Shown: positions 45,908 through 56,288 of the stretch, piece by piece
How the letters are laid out: the number at the start of each line of letters is the position of its first letter
Numbering within the stretch: position 1 is the stretch's first letter
DNA from: Candidatus Saccharimonadota bacterium
GTDB taxonomy: Bacteria > Patescibacteriota > Saccharimonadia > Saccharimonadales > AWTP1-31
Direction of reading: 5' to 3'
DNA length: 64,000 bases
Assembly: GCA_026395435.1 (NCBI GenBank)
Contig: JAPLYT010000012.1
Coordinates: forward strand, 86,332-150,331
Notes under the pieces: model-generated
The model's input: the letters and a program-made list of their open reading frames with translations, nothing else
The model's database searches: none
What the model was told of the DNA's origin: nothing
Made by a program: the position numbers and the translations under genes

Positions 45908-46234
45908 ATGAAAAAAGAACTACACCCAAAGAACTACCGCCCTGTCGTATTTAAAGACCTCAATAACGATGTCATGTTTTTGACACAGTCGACTGTTGCG
46001 AGTGATGCAACTATCAAGTGGGAAGATGGCAACGAATACCCTCTTATAACAGTCCATATCAGCAGCGCCTCACATCCATTCTTCACTGGTCAAGAAAAGA
46101 TGATCGACATTGAAGGTCGAGTTGACCGATTCAAGGCTCGTCAAGATGCTGCTGCAAAGCGTAAAGAAGCGTCTATCGCCAAAGCGAACAAAGTTCGTGT
46201 CCGTAAAAACGCCGACACTGTCGACGCAAAATAG
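45908..46234 (+). CDS. rpmE: 50S ribosomal protein L31, type B (no CxxC)
   Basis: [10 protein letters not shown]...HPFFTG. It has no zinc-binding cysteines and a Lys/Ala-rich C-terminal extension. The track ORF start at 45863 lies inside the promoter. Confidence 0.9.
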   Translation: MKKELHPKNYRPVVFKDLNNDVMFLTQSTVASDATIKWEDGNEYPLITVHISSASHPFFTGQEKMIDIEGRVDRFKARQDAAAKRKEASIAKANKVRVRKNADTVDAK

Positions 46235-46248
46235 CTACATTCATTAAA

Positions 46249-46285
46249 AACAGCCAGAATTATATCTTTCTGGCTGTTTTCTTTT
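46249..46285 (+). terminator. rho-independent terminator after rpmE
   Basis: 11-bp stem AACAGCCAGAA / TTCTGGCTGTT with an 8-nt loop, followed by TTCTTTT. Confidence 0.75.
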
Positions 46286-46311
46286 ATACTACCTAAGCAG
46301 ACATAGAAATC

Positions 46312-47373
46312 ATGAATAGCAAACAACAACATCTCCAAGAAGAATTCAATATCCTACAGGAACAACTACAAGATCCTGCTATTTTTAGTTCCAAAAACTA
46401 TCCCAAGATGGCAAAAAGATCGAGCGAGCTTGAAAAGACGCTTCAACTCTTCAATGCAATTACAGAACTCAAGGAACATAGCCTAGAAGCAAACACTATG
46501 AGCCAAGATTCTGACGCAGATATTGCCGCAATGGCCAAAGAAGAGCTTGATGAGTTAACTGCTTCTATCGAAAAAGCCGAACAAGAACTAGCCCTCCTGC
46601 TGACTCCAAAAGACCCTAATGATGAACGTGACGCAATAGTAGAAATTCGAGGAGCAGCCGGAGGCGACGAAGCGAGCTTATTTGCCGGAGATCTATTTAG
46701 AATGTATACCCGTTGGTGTGAGACGAAAAACTTCAAAGTGGAACTCATAAACGAAAACGTCAATGAAGTTGGCGGATTCAAAGAAGTAGTCTTTGCCGTT
46801 CGTGGAGTGGATGTATTTAAAGTATTAAAATTTGAAGCCGGCGTCCATCGAGTCCAGAGAGTGCCAAGCACTGAATCACAAGGCAGAATCCATACTAGTA
46901 CCGTAACGGTCTCGATTCTGCCCGAAGCAGAAGAAACAGATATAGAAATAAGTCCTCAAGACCTCCGTATCGACGTCTATCGAAGTAGTGGCCACGGAGG
47001 ACAGAGCGTGAATACAACCGATTCTGCCGTTAGGATCACCCATATACCATCCGGTTTAGTAGTTACATGCCAAGATGAGAAATCTCAGATCAAAAATAAA
47101 GATAAGGCTATGGGTGTGCTTCGGTCTCGCCTTCTCCAGATCAAGATCGATGAAGAGCAAAAGCAACTATCGGATGCTCGCAAAAAACTTGTCGGTTCAG
47201 GTGATAGAAGTGAAAAAATCCGGACCTACAACTTCCCTCAAGATCGGATAACCGACCATCGCATTGGCTATAGTCGCAGTAACATTCCCGGTGCCTTAAA
47301 TGGGGAGATTGATGATCTTATCGAGGCGCTCCAATTGTACGAACAACAGTTGATCCATAATGAAAATAGCTGA
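46312..47373 (+). CDS. prfA: peptide chain release factor 1
   Basis: 353-aa ORF with a PxT tripeptide (PST) and GGQ (GHGGQSVN). Confidence 0.96.
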   Translation: MNSKQQHLQEEFNILQEQLQDPAIFSSKNYPKMAKRSSELEKTLQLFNAITELKEHSLEANTMSQDSDADIAAMAKEELDELTASIEKAEQELALLLTPKDPNDERDAIVEIRGAAGGDEASLFAGDLFRMYTRWCETKNFKVELINENVNEVGGFKEVVFAVRGVDVFKVLKFEAGVHRVQRVPSTESQGRIHTSTVTVSILPEAEETDIEISPQDLRIDVYRSSGHGGQSVNTTDSAVRITHIPSGLVVTCQDEKSQIKNKDKAMGVLRSRLLQIKIDEEQKQLSDARKKLVGSGDRSEKIRTYNFPQDRITDHRIGYSRSNIPGALNGEIDDLIEALQLYEQQLIHNENS

Positions 47374-48169
47374 TTGGCTTAAACAAAGCACCCTTGTTTT
47401 ACTAAACGAGGGTATCACGTCAGCCCGTCTCGATTGCCTCATTCTTCTAGAATACGTTCTTAAAAAAGACCGCATTTTTATTCTCAGCCATGACGATTCA
47501 CTTCTTACAGAGGCCCAAATAGAACAACTTAATGCATATATTACGAGGCGGAAAATACATGAACCTATTGCATACATTTGTGGTTCAAAAGAGTTTTATG
47601 GCAGAAATTTTATTGTGTCTCCCAGGGTACTCATTCCGAGACCTGAATCAGAAACAATTATCGACATCCTGAAGACGCTTCAACTTCCTAATGATCCGTT
47701 AATAATTGATGTTGGAACAGGTTCGGGGGCTCTGGCAATTACAGCTTCGCTCGAATACCCTTCTGCCCGCGTGCATGGCTATGATATTGATCCAGATGCA
47801 CTTATAATTGCGACTAAAAACAATAAGTCACTGAATGGTAGCGTCGAATTCAGTCACAGAGACTTACTCACAGGATTAACGGAGCCAGCTCATTGTATAA
47901 TTGCCAATCTTCCCTATGTAGCCAATAATCAACCCGTTTCACCTGATGCAAATTTCGAACCTTCATTAGCCCTTTTCGCAGACAATGATGGGCTTGATCT
48001 AATATATTCCCTCATAGATCAAATTACGGAAAAAACTTTAGTGCCTGGAGGTTATTTACTTCTAGAGTCAGAGCCCAGGCAACATGCACGAATCCAAACG
48101 CATGCAGAAGCAAAAGGATTTATACTCAAACAGAATATTGGATTCATTCAACTATTCCAGCAAGGATAG
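47360..48169 (+). CDS. prmC: release factor glutamine methyltransferase PrmC
   Basis: 269-aa ORF with the SAM motif DVGTGSGA and an NPPY-type motif, NLPY. It overlaps prfA by 14 nt. Confidence 0.88.
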   Translation: MKIADWLKQSTLVLLNEGITSARLDCLILLEYVLKKDRIFILSHDDSLLTEAQIEQLNAYITRRKIHEPIAYICGSKEFYGRNFIVSPRVLIPRPESETIIDILKTLQLPNDPLIIDVGTGSGALAITASLEYPSARVHGYDIDPDALIIATKNNKSLNGSVEFSHRDLLTGLTEPAHCIIANLPYVANNQPVSPDANFEPSLALFADNDGLDLIYSLIDQITEKTLVPGGYLLLESEPRQHARIQTHAEAKGFILKQNIGFIQLFQQG

Positions 48170-48187
48170 TTTGAGTCAATACTCCAG

Positions 48188-49393
48188 CTACTGCTCGGGT
48201 GCCGCTTGAAGTACTGTCTTTAGTGAGACCTCCTTGCCGTCCCTCAATATATTTAAAACTATAGAGTCACCAACACTTCGTCTTCCCAAAATTGATGTAA
48301 GACTATTCTTTTCATCAATGTTCACTTTATCTATAGAGAGAATGATATCTTTAGCCCTAAGTCCAGCTTTTTCTGCGGGACTACCGGGAATCACCACAGA
48401 AACACCATCTTGAGATTCAAGATAGGCGCCCCTCTTTACAGGTAGGTTTAATTGATACGCATAGTCATCGGTTAATGAGATGTATCGAACTCCAAGGAAT
48501 GGCCGTATCAGTTTACCTTTTTCTAACACACTCTTAATTAACCCTTGTACATCGTTTATCGGGATTGCGAATCCAATATTCTCTGCGTTGCCTGCAATTG
48601 CAGTATTAATGGCGATAACTTCGCCGTTTGCGTCGACAAGCGGACCGCCTGAATTACCGGGATTTATAGCTGTGTCTGTTTGGAATAAGTTCTGTAATGT
48701 CTCAGTACCGCCCCCACTCTCGCTTCCCGCCTCTAGGTTTCTGCCGAATCCTGATATTATCCCTGCAGTAACAGTGTTTTGAAATTGCCCAAGTGCATTC
48801 CCGATTGCGACAACCTTGTCGCCAACCAAGACCTTACTTGAATCGGCAAGTTTCACGGGGACAAGTGTTTTGCCTTTTTTATCCGTAATTTTTAGGAATG
48901 CTACGTCTAGACTATCTGAGTCGTTCGTTCGGCCAATGACGTCAACTTTATCTAATTTAGTTCCGTCAGATAACGTAACACTTACCGAGTTAGTGCCTAC
49001 TGGGACTACGTGACGATTAGTGATTATGACACCGTCTTCGTTAAGAATAAAACCTGTTCCGGCACTCTTTTGGTCGCCATAACTTTGTCCAAATATATTT
49101 TGAGTATTCGATTTTGAAGTAACATCTACAGATACCACGCTCTGCCCAACATCTTTTGCGATGTCGTTAATAAGCCTGCTCTCATTTACTACTACTTTTT
49201 TTGTAACGCTTGTAGATGAATTCCCCGAATTATGTGACTCCGCAGAACCGAATCGACCACCGATAAACCCAACGCTAAGACATAGAAGAAGTAAAAATAG
49301 CCGGTCAAACATTTTTTTACTTGCAGCAGTGTTTATTTGCTTGAAACGATTAAACCGCTGCTTAGAATTTTGATTATTTTTTAGCACTTCCAT
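48188..49393 (-). CDS. htrA: HtrA/DegP-like trypsin-fold serine protease with PDZ domain
   Basis: 401-aa ORF with an N-terminal anchor, the catalytic triad context (TNRHVV, D, GNSGGPL) and a C-terminal PDZ domain. Confidence 0.88.
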   Translation of the reverse strand: MEVLKNNQNSKQRFNRFKQINTAASKKMFDRLFLLLLCLSVGFIGGRFGSAESHNSGNSSTSVTKKVVVNESRLINDIAKDVGQSVVSVDVTSKSNTQNIFGQSYGDQKSAGTGFILNEDGVIITNRHVVPVGTNSVSVTLSDGTKLDKVDVIGRTNDSDSLDVAFLKITDKKGKTLVPVKLADSSKVLVGDKVVAIGNALGQFQNTVTAGIISGFGRNLEAGSESGGGTETLQNLFQTDTAINPGNSGGPLVDANGEVIAINTAIAGNAENIGFAIPINDVQGLIKSVLEKGKLIRPFLGVRYISLTDDYAYQLNLPVKRGAYLESQDGVSVVIPGSPAEKAGLRAKDIILSIDKVNIDEKNSLTSILGRRSVGDSIVLNILRDGKEVSLKTVLQAAPEQ

Positions 49394-49419
49394 ACATACC
49401 CCCCTATAACATAGATTAA

Positions 49420-50169
49420 TTAAATTGTTTTATCAGCCCAGTCAGAAAACAATAGTACGATGATGATGACCGATATTACGACGAAGATAATTTGTCTCCT
49501 CAGTAAAACAGATAATTTATCAGTTTTTTCAAGATAATAGATACCGCCGAGCCCAAAACCGAGTACAGACAAAAGAAGCGCGGGCTGAGCGATCGCACCG
49601 TAAAAAATTAGCCAGTGGCATAGCACCCAAACGAGGGCCGCTCCGAAATAAGACCAAGCCCCTGCCAAATATCTCGACATTGATTCCTCGAAACCAGCAA
49701 AAAAATGGCGTGCTGCGCTATAACAAATGATCCAAGTGAGTAGAATAAGAACCAGTGATGAAGCCTGACCCCATGCAATAAAAATTGCAGATAAGCCAAT
49801 TGCCTGACTTATTAATGCCTGTAAAGAAACGCCGAGAGACGTAGCCATCGGCTTTATCGTTAAGAGCCAAAATCCGTAAGCTGCTGTCCATACAAGTTGT
49901 ATTAGCTGGGAATCGGTATGAGTCATAAAAACTAATACTGATATACCTACTATTATATCTACCGCGTTAGCGCGTATGTTTGCTGGCCAATGTCGTGGTT
50001 TAACCGAAAACATTCGCCATTTACTGAGCAAAATTAAACTTGCTGCAATTTGGATAAACCCAGTTCGTACAAAAATAAATACGAGTGCCGGCAATAAGCT
50101 CGTTAGTCCAATATGAACGATATGTGAAAAACCTGCTGCTGGTTTAATTCTTGCTGTTATTTTTCCCAT
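49420..50169 (-). CDS. hypothetical polytopic membrane protein
   Basis: 249-aa ORF with about 7-8 hydrophobic segments. I recognised no motif. Confidence 0.6.
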   Translation of the reverse strand: MGKITARIKPAAGFSHIVHIGLTSLLPALVFIFVRTGFIQIAASLILLSKWRMFSVKPRHWPANIRANAVDIIVGISVLVFMTHTDSQLIQLVWTAAYGFWLLTIKPMATSLGVSLQALISQAIGLSAIFIAWGQASSLVLILLTWIICYSAARHFFAGFEESMSRYLAGAWSYFGAALVWVLCHWLIFYGAIAQPALLLSVLGFGLGGIYYLEKTDKLSVLLRRQIIFVVISVIIIVLLFSDWADKTI

Positions 50170-50271
50170 AGTGTAGCTACTATTATATCAAATAACCTGC
50201 AATGTGTACGATTAGAATCATTACCGTTTTTTCCGTGCACGATATAGTAATTTCGAGTATAGTACTTTCAT

Positions 50272-50973
50272 ATGCCTCCACAAAATACCAATGAAGTACC
50301 AGAGCCAGAAACACCGCAAGTTAGCGTTGTATCCAACGAACAAACAAGTGGTATAGTCGATCAAGATAACCCAGAAGAGAGTGATTCGAATAGTAAGAAA
50401 GATTCGATTAAAGGCATCCTTTCTACAGTCGCTATCTTAGTTATTGCTCCTCTCATCGCTCTAAGCCTTACTGCCTTCGTATTTCAGTCGTATGAAGTTG
50501 ACGGCCCGAGTATGCAAACAACGCTTCAGAATCATGATCGACTAATTGTGTATAAATTACCTCGAACAATTGCTAAAATTACTCGAAAACCATACATCCC
50601 AAAGCGAACGGATATTATAATTTTTACTCGTCACGACAGTTTTGAGTTCGGTACGGATAAACCCCGGCAGCTTGTTAAGCGCGTAATCGCCTTGCCAGGA
50701 GAAAGAATCACCGTCAAGAAAAGTGTAGTTACGGTTTATAACGAAGAGCATCCTGAAGGTTTTAAACCCGACGAAGAAAATAAATATGGCAAAGTAATCA
50801 CCAATACTTCGGGTGATATCGACTTAGTTGTCCCAACTGACTCTATATTTGTTTGCGGAGATAACCGCCCAAATTCATTAGATTCAAGAGCTTTTGGGCC
50901 AGTCCCGCTTACTGATGTTGTCGGCAAACTATCTCTCAGAGTATATCCGTTTAAATCTGGTCAATCTTTCTAG
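50272..50973 (+). CDS. lepB: signal peptidase I
   Basis: 233-aa ORF with the catalytic Ser in DGPSMQTTL and the Lys in VKRVIALPGE, plus GDNRPNSLDSR. Confidence 0.9.
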   Translation: MPPQNTNEVPEPETPQVSVVSNEQTSGIVDQDNPEESDSNSKKDSIKGILSTVAILVIAPLIALSLTAFVFQSYEVDGPSMQTTLQNHDRLIVYKLPRTIAKITRKPYIPKRTDIIIFTRHDSFEFGTDKPRQLVKRVIALPGERITVKKSVVTVYNEEHPEGFKPDEENKYGKVITNTSGDIDLVVPTDSIFVCGDNRPNSLDSRAFGPVPLTDVVGKLSLRVYPFKSGQSF

Positions 50974-50981
50974 CAAACAGT

Positions 50982-51845
50982 TTACTTAGAAATTATCGAA
51001 ATCAATCGTTTTAACTCTGCTTCACTTGAAAATTTTATCTCTAATTTCCCGCCTTTGGCAGTTCTTCGAAGTGTAACGGGTGTTTTTAAGTATTTAGTCA
51101 ATCGTTCAGTCTGGGGGGATGTGGTGGCAACTTTCTTCTCCGCACCTGTACTGCTGGTAGTTCCTTTTTTGTGCGCAACCACGTAACGCTCAGTTTCTCG
51201 GACAGACCATTTTTTTTGAATGATTAATTTCAATAAATGTATTCTGTCTGTGTCGAGTTTTATGCCCAGAATTGCTCGGGCGTGACCTTCAGAAATCTTT
51301 TCATCTCTGAGCGCTTGTTGCACTTCATCGGGTAATTGCAATAACCGTGCGCTGTTTTGGACTGTTGCAGCTGCCTTACCGAGTCGAGTACCGATAGTGG
51401 CGTAATCGAGACTAAACTGCTGGTGTAGATATTCTATCGAAACCGCCTGTTCGAGTGGAGATAAATTTACTCGCTGCACATTCTCTACTAAAGCGAGCTC
51501 TAGACGTTCAAGTTGCTCAGCGGATCTGACTATAGCCGGTACCGTCTTGAGCCCAGATAATTTTGCTGCACGCCATCTTCGCTCCCCCGCAATAATATAG
51601 TACTTCTCGCCATTCGGAGTCACCACGAGTGGCTGGATGATGCCATGTTGTTTTATAGATTGAGATAATTCTTTCAAATTTTCTTCGTCAAAGTGTACCC
51701 GAGGCTGTTCCGGATTTGCTTGCAAGGCAGCAATCGATATATTTTGTATACGATTATCTTCCGAAGACAAAATAGACGTATCAAAATTTTTCGGTATAAG
51801 TGAATCAAAACCTCGACCTAATTTACTTGCTGACACGATTATCAA
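50982..51845 (-). CDS. parB: chromosome partitioning protein ParB
   Basis: 287-aa ORF with GIIQPLVV, IIAGERRWRAA and an HTH region. Confidence 0.9.
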   Translation of the reverse strand: MIIVSASKLGRGFDSLIPKNFDTSILSSEDNRIQNISIAALQANPEQPRVHFDEENLKELSQSIKQHGIIQPLVVTPNGEKYYIIAGERRWRAAKLSGLKTVPAIVRSAEQLERLELALVENVQRVNLSPLEQAVSIEYLHQQFSLDYATIGTRLGKAAATVQNSARLLQLPDEVQQALRDEKISEGHARAILGIKLDTDRIHLLKLIIQKKWSVRETERYVVAHKKGTTSSTGAEKKVATTSPQTERLTKYLKTPVTLRRTAKGGKLEIKFSSEAELKRLISIISK

Positions 51846-52584
51846 TCTCCTTTGCTAGATTCTTATAACTTCTTGCACCCTTAGACCATTTATCGTGCTC
51901 TAGGATTGATTTACCAAAACTAGGTGCTTCTGCCAGTCGAACATTACGAGGGATAACGGTCTTAAGGAGCTTCGTATTAAAGTGTTTTTTTACTTCAGCT
52001 ACAACTTGCTCAGACAATGAAGTACGGGCATCATACATTGTGATGACTATCCCCAGAAGTTCTAATGAACTATTTAACCCAGCTCGTACTCGTTGGATAA
52101 CATCAAGTAATTGGCCAAGTCCTTCTAACGCATAGTATTCGGCTTGAACAGGGACCAATACCAAGTTTGCAGCAGTGAGTGCATTGAGACTCAATAGACC
52201 AAGCGATGGTGGGCAGTCGATCAATACATAGTCATATATAACATCCGCTAATGCTACCTTGAGCCTAAATTCTCGTTTTTCTTCACTGGCTAAATCTACC
52301 TCAGCTGCGGCAAGTTGAGAATTAGTCGGCATGATATGGACGCCGGCTAGACCAGTCTCAGTAATAAGTCCTGATGCAGGAATTGTTCCAAACAGGACAT
52401 CATACACCGTACTGTCTAAATGCTGTTTCTCAAGACCCAAACCACTTGTTGCATTTCCCTGAGGATCAAGATCGACTATCAGCACTGAACGCCCTAGCTT
52501 AGCTAAGTAGGCTGCAAGATTAATGACAGTCGTCGTTTTACCGACACCGCCCTTCTGGTTTAAGACTGCAATTATTTTTCCCAT
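51823..52584 (-). CDS. parA: chromosome partitioning ATPase ParA/Soj
   Basis: 253-aa ORF with the deviant Walker A NQKGGVGKTT and DCPPSLG. Confidence 0.92.
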   Translation of the reverse strand: MGKIIAVLNQKGGVGKTTTVINLAAYLAKLGRSVLIVDLDPQGNATSGLGLEKQHLDSTVYDVLFGTIPASGLITETGLAGVHIMPTNSQLAAAEVDLASEEKREFRLKVALADVIYDYVLIDCPPSLGLLSLNALTAANLVLVPVQAEYYALEGLGQLLDVIQRVRAGLNSSLELLGIVITMYDARTSLSEQVVAEVKKHFNTKLLKTVIPRNVRLAEAPSFGKSILEHDKWSKGARSYKNLAKEIDNRVSK

Positions 52585-52693
52585 TTTGTTTTCCCTAATG
52601 CTTCTAGCCTATCATTTTAAGCCTTCTTTCGCCAGTACACATTGATAGAGATTAAAGAGCTAGCCGTATAATACTAATGGTTTACGTAGGATT

Positions 52694-52717
52694 AAAAAAC
52701 ACCCCAGTTGGGGTGTT
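52694..52717 (-). terminator. rho-independent terminator after rplU
   Basis: Minus strand: AACACCCC-AACU-GGGGUGUU followed by UUUUUAAU. Confidence 0.75.
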
Positions 52718-52744
52718 CATTGTTTGCAGGGGTACAGTGTACGC

Positions 52745-53062
52745 TTAGGCTATCTTGGTGATCTTGATAACAGTACTGCGTTGTCGGTGTCCGTGGATTT
52801 TATGAACGCGCTTTTTCGCTTTGTAGCGGATTGCGAGAACTTTGTCTCCGAGGATCTGCTGTTCTACGATCTCGGCTTGTACCTTAGATCCGGTTACTTC
52901 AGGAGTACCAACAGCAACATTATCACCATCAATCACCATGAGAGGAACGAAACTAGCCGTTTTCTCATCATCGTTCAAAAGCTCAACTTCAAGAGTTTGG
53001 CCTTCAGTTACTAGATATTGTTTTCCGCCTGTAGCGATAACTGCTTTTTTAGTGTTGCGCAT
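52745..53062 (-). CDS. rplU: 50S ribosomal protein L21
   Basis: 105-aa ORF with AVIATGGKQYLV...KKRVHKIHGHRQ. Confidence 0.93.
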   Translation of the reverse strand: MRNTKKAVIATGGKQYLVTEGQTLEVELLNDDEKTASFVPLMVIDGDNVAVGTPEVTGSKVQAEIVEQQILGDKVLAIRYKAKKRVHKIHGHRQRSTVIKITKIA

Positions 53063-53129
53063 TACATTCTTTCTTAGAAAAAGTTATACCAATAGATCTT
53101 AACAGATTGAGGGCCCGCTGTAAAGAGTC

Positions 53130-56018
53130 TTAGACCTTGCCCAAACTAATTATCAACTCATGTCCTTCGACCTTAACTGTTTCCTCGTAGTCGTAGCTTA
53201 CTTTTTTGCTAGACAGCGTTGTTGCGAGAGTCTCAGCACTTATCTCTTTTTCGAAAACTTTTACCGCCTCAGTTACCGTGTCAACAGTACTACTAAGGTC
53301 CAGATTGATACGATCATCGACATCCAATCCAGCTTGTTTACGAGCGTTTTGAATCTGTCGGACAATTTCTCGCATAAGCCCTTCTTGGCGTAATTCAGCG
53401 TTGAGAGATGTGTCAATTTCTGCCGAGATTTCAGCGTCTGGATTGGTAGCTTCTACAACTTTGACTTCTTTAACATTAAGCTCTTCGGTAATTATCTCGA
53501 TCAACTCAGGCGCTAGATCGCTCACACCATGTACCGAGACCTTTTTAAGCGGCTGCCTGACTTTAATACCTGCGGCTGCTCGCTGCGACAACCCTTGGTT
53601 AATGAGTTCTCTAACAGTCTGCATGTGCGATATTGATAGCTCGTTAATATGCCCAGCTATTGGCCAATCCAATAGGTGAACCGATTCACCGCCTGTAAGC
53701 TTCCTGTACAGCTCTTCAGCCAAGAATGGGGTGAATGGAGCCAATACTATCGAAAGCTGCGTCAGGACGTAGTGTAGCGTGTGATAGGCATCATTCTTAT
53801 CCTCTGCCTCATCGCTTTTCCAAAATCTTCGTCGACTGCGGCGGACATACCAATTACTGGCATCATCAATAAATGGTAAAATTGGTTTCATTGCGTTTGG
53901 TATATCGTATCCGTCGATGTGTTTTTCTACTTCTGCCGTTAGCTGGTGTACTCTGCTAATAATCCAGGTATCAAGAGGGTTATTGCAAAGCTCGGTAGGA
54001 TCATCATGTTTCCCGTCCCATTCCCAGCCATCAACTTCGGCATACATCGTAAAGAAGTCGTACATATTCCAAATCATAGACAATTTGCGTGCAACATCCC
54101 CTACCTCCTTGTCCTGTAGCGTGAAGTCTTCCCCGTTAAGTAACGGGCTTGAACTCAAGAGAAATCGAAGACTATCAGCTGAAAACTTGTCCATAAGCTC
54201 GTTTGGATCCGTATAGTTACCGTAACTCTTGCTCATTTTGCGGCCATCATTACCTGCCACGTTACCAGTGACGATTACATTCTTGAATGAGTTACCTCCG
54301 AAAAGTGCCACACTCATTGAATGCATATAATAGAACCAGGCACGTACTTGTCCGATGTATTCTACAATGAAATCACCAGGATAATTTTGTTCAAACTTCT
54401 CTTTGTTTTCGAACGGATAATGGAACTGGGCAAAGGGCATACTGCCTGCTTCAAACCAGCTATCCATGACTTTATCTATCCGCGAATACTGGACACCGTC
54501 AATTTCAAAGGTGATATCGTCAACCCAAGGACGGTGATAGTCGTCAAGCTCCTTGCCTGATAGTACTTTTAGTTCCGCATAACTCCCGACAACTTTAACG
54601 TGTTCTGCGCCATTCTCATCAGTCCCCTTCCAGACAGGCATAGCCGTCGCCCAGAATCGATCACGAGAAATGTTCCAATCTGGCGCCTGCTCTATTGTCT
54701 TTGCGAACCGGCCATTTTTTACATGCTCAGGAAACCAATTAACATTTCCGTTTTGCTCAAGCATGGTTTGGCGCTGAGAGTCGATATCCATGAACCAACT
54801 CGGATGGGCGCGGTACATGAGGCGCGTCCCACAGCGATGGCAATGTGGGTAACTATGGCGGTAGTAGTCGATTTTCCAGACAACACCGCGTTCTTTAAGG
54901 TCCTTGGCTATTGGTTTATTTACTTCCCATACATTCTGTCCAGCCCAGTCTCCTTCAGTGTAATTACCATTCGCATCAAGTACGTGGACAACTGGAATGC
55001 CCTTTTCCAAAGCAAGCGCAAAGTCTTCTTCTCCATATGCAGGTGCAAGATGCACGATACCAGTTCCACTGTCGGTAGTTACGTATTCGGCATTCCAAAT
55101 TGTATGCGCATTTTTACCATAATTAGCGTACAAAGGCTCATAACTTTTGCCGACTAATTCTTGGCCACTTAGTACCCTGACTTTTTTATAATCCAAAATG
55201 TTGTGTTTTTCGTCAGTTAAAACTTTATCTAGGAGCTCTTCAGCCAGTATTAACGTCTGACCATCTATGACAACTTCCGCATAGTCAATATCTTGATTTA
55301 CCGCTAAGGCAGTATTTGCTTGTAAGGTCCAGGGTGTAGTAGTCCACGCCAACAAATATGCATCGCTATCAATGAGCTTGAATTTTACGTAAACACTTGG
55401 ATCAGTGACGTCCTGATAGGCGCCAGCATCCATAGTTACTTCCGCCTTGCTCAGAGGTGTTGCATCAAGGGTGCAATACATCAGGACTTTCTCGCCTTCG
55501 TAAATCTTACCCTTCTCGTATAGCTCCTTAAAAGCCCACCAAACAGACTCCATGTAGTCTTTGTCCATGGTCTTATAGGCACCCTTGAAGTCTACCCATC
55601 TACCGATACGATCTACGGTATCTTCCCACTCGCTACTGGTCTGAACCATATTTTCTCGGCAAGCCACGATATACTTTTCAATTCCATATTCTAGTACTTC
55701 TTCGCGACTATGAATTCCGAGTTTCTTCTCTGTAAAACGCTCTGCCGGTAAACCATGACAATCCCAACCCCAAACACGCTCAACCCGCTTGCCTTTCATG
55801 GTCTGATACCGTGGAACTACATCTTTAACAATTGAGCTCAGAAGAGTTCCGTGATGTGGAGACCCGCTAATAAACGGAGGACCATCATAGAAAACAAATG
55901 AATTATCTTTAGGACGGTTTTCTACCGACTTTTCAAAGGTCTTGTTCTTCTTCCAATAATCAACGAGGTCTTTTTCATATTCGAGTGCTCGCCTTCTTGA
56001 TCCTGCTTTAAACTTCAT
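53130..56018 (-). CDS. ileS: isoleucine--tRNA ligase (type 2, eukaryote-like)
   Basis: 962-aa ORF with an HIGH-type motif (SPHHGT), KMSKS and a CP1 editing domain. It has no C-terminal zinc-finger cysteines. Confidence 0.97.
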   Translation of the reverse strand: MKFKAGSRRRALEYEKDLVDYWKKNKTFEKSVENRPKDNSFVFYDGPPFISGSPHHGTLLSSIVKDVVPRYQTMKGKRVERVWGWDCHGLPAERFTEKKLGIHSREEVLEYGIEKYIVACRENMVQTSSEWEDTVDRIGRWVDFKGAYKTMDKDYMESVWWAFKELYEKGKIYEGEKVLMYCTLDATPLSKAEVTMDAGAYQDVTDPSVYVKFKLIDSDAYLLAWTTTPWTLQANTALAVNQDIDYAEVVIDGQTLILAEELLDKVLTDEKHNILDYKKVRVLSGQELVGKSYEPLYANYGKNAHTIWNAEYVTTDSGTGIVHLAPAYGEEDFALALEKGIPVVHVLDANGNYTEGDWAGQNVWEVNKPIAKDLKERGVVWKIDYYRHSYPHCHRCGTRLMYRAHPSWFMDIDSQRQTMLEQNGNVNWFPEHVKNGRFAKTIEQAPDWNISRDRFWATAMPVWKGTDENGAEHVKVVGSYAELKVLSGKELDDYHRPWVDDITFEIDGVQYSRIDKVMDSWFEAGSMPFAQFHYPFENKEKFEQNYPGDFIVEYIGQVRAWFYYMHSMSVALFGGNSFKNVIVTGNVAGNDGRKMSKSYGNYTDPNELMDKFSADSLRFLLSSSPLLNGEDFTLQDKEVGDVARKLSMIWNMYDFFTMYAEVDGWEWDGKHDDPTELCNNPLDTWIISRVHQLTAEVEKHIDGYDIPNAMKPILPFIDDASNWYVRRSRRRFWKSDEAEDKNDAYHTLHYVLTQLSIVLAPFTPFLAEELYRKLTGGESVHLLDWPIAGHINELSISHMQTVRELINQGLSQRAAAGIKVRQPLKKVSVHGVSDLAPELIEIITEELNVKEVKVVEATNPDAEISAEIDTSLNAELRQEGLMREIVRQIQNARKQAGLDVDDRINLDLSSTVDTVTEAVKVFEKEISAETLATTLSSKKVSYDYEETVKVEGHELIISLGKV

Positions 56019-56232
56019 ATTTTCTCCTTACATAGAAAAATCACTTCTTTTAGCTGCCAGATCCCGCAAGTGTTATCAAGGGGAGGTACCATCTGGCTTC
56101 CAAAAGAAGTGATTCTTTTTGGCTCTTACTTATCGCTATTACGGGCGGTCCGGCTGAGTCTACTACGTGTTACCGTTTCTTTCAGCTGCTTCGTGGGTGA
56201 TAGCCACTTATCTGTGAACAGAATGCATTTGT
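56019..56232 (-). promoter_or_regulatory. T-box riboswitch leader (Ile) upstream of ileS
   Basis: Minus strand. The antiterminator is GCCAGA-[UGGUACC bulge]-UCCC...GGGA-UCUGGC (56096-56055). A candidate specifier AUC-A sits in a 7-nt loop, GUGG-CUAUCAC-CCAC (56207-56193). The Stem III-like hairpin is at 56122-56099. A U-run lies at 56039-56035 and the SD AAGGAG precedes the ATG. Confidence 0.7.
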
Positions 56233-56239
56233 AATTTTT

Positions 56240-56268
56240 ACTATACTCTATCTGCTTATCTCCGGCAA
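56240..56268 (-). promoter_or_regulatory. sigma70-like promoter TTGCCG-N17-TATAGT for the ileS leader
   Basis: The -35 is at 56268-56263 and the -10 at 56245-56240 (minus strand), with a 17-nt spacer. Confidence 0.55.
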
Positions 56269-56288
56269 GTCATGGCATGCACGAAAAC

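Noticed and set aside
50982-52744. parS centromere site near parAB
   Set aside because: I found no convincing match to TGTTNCACGTGAAACA in or around parB/parA by eye. The closest strings (for example CCACGTAAC near 51176, and TGTTTCACG at 8970) match only half a site. A proper pattern scan is needed.
56165-56235. Leader-peptide attenuation for ileS, by analogy with the proS leader
   Set aside because: The only short ORF in the ileS leader (MHSVHR) has no Ile codons. The leader carries a canonical T-box antiterminator bulge, so the T-box explanation is preferred.
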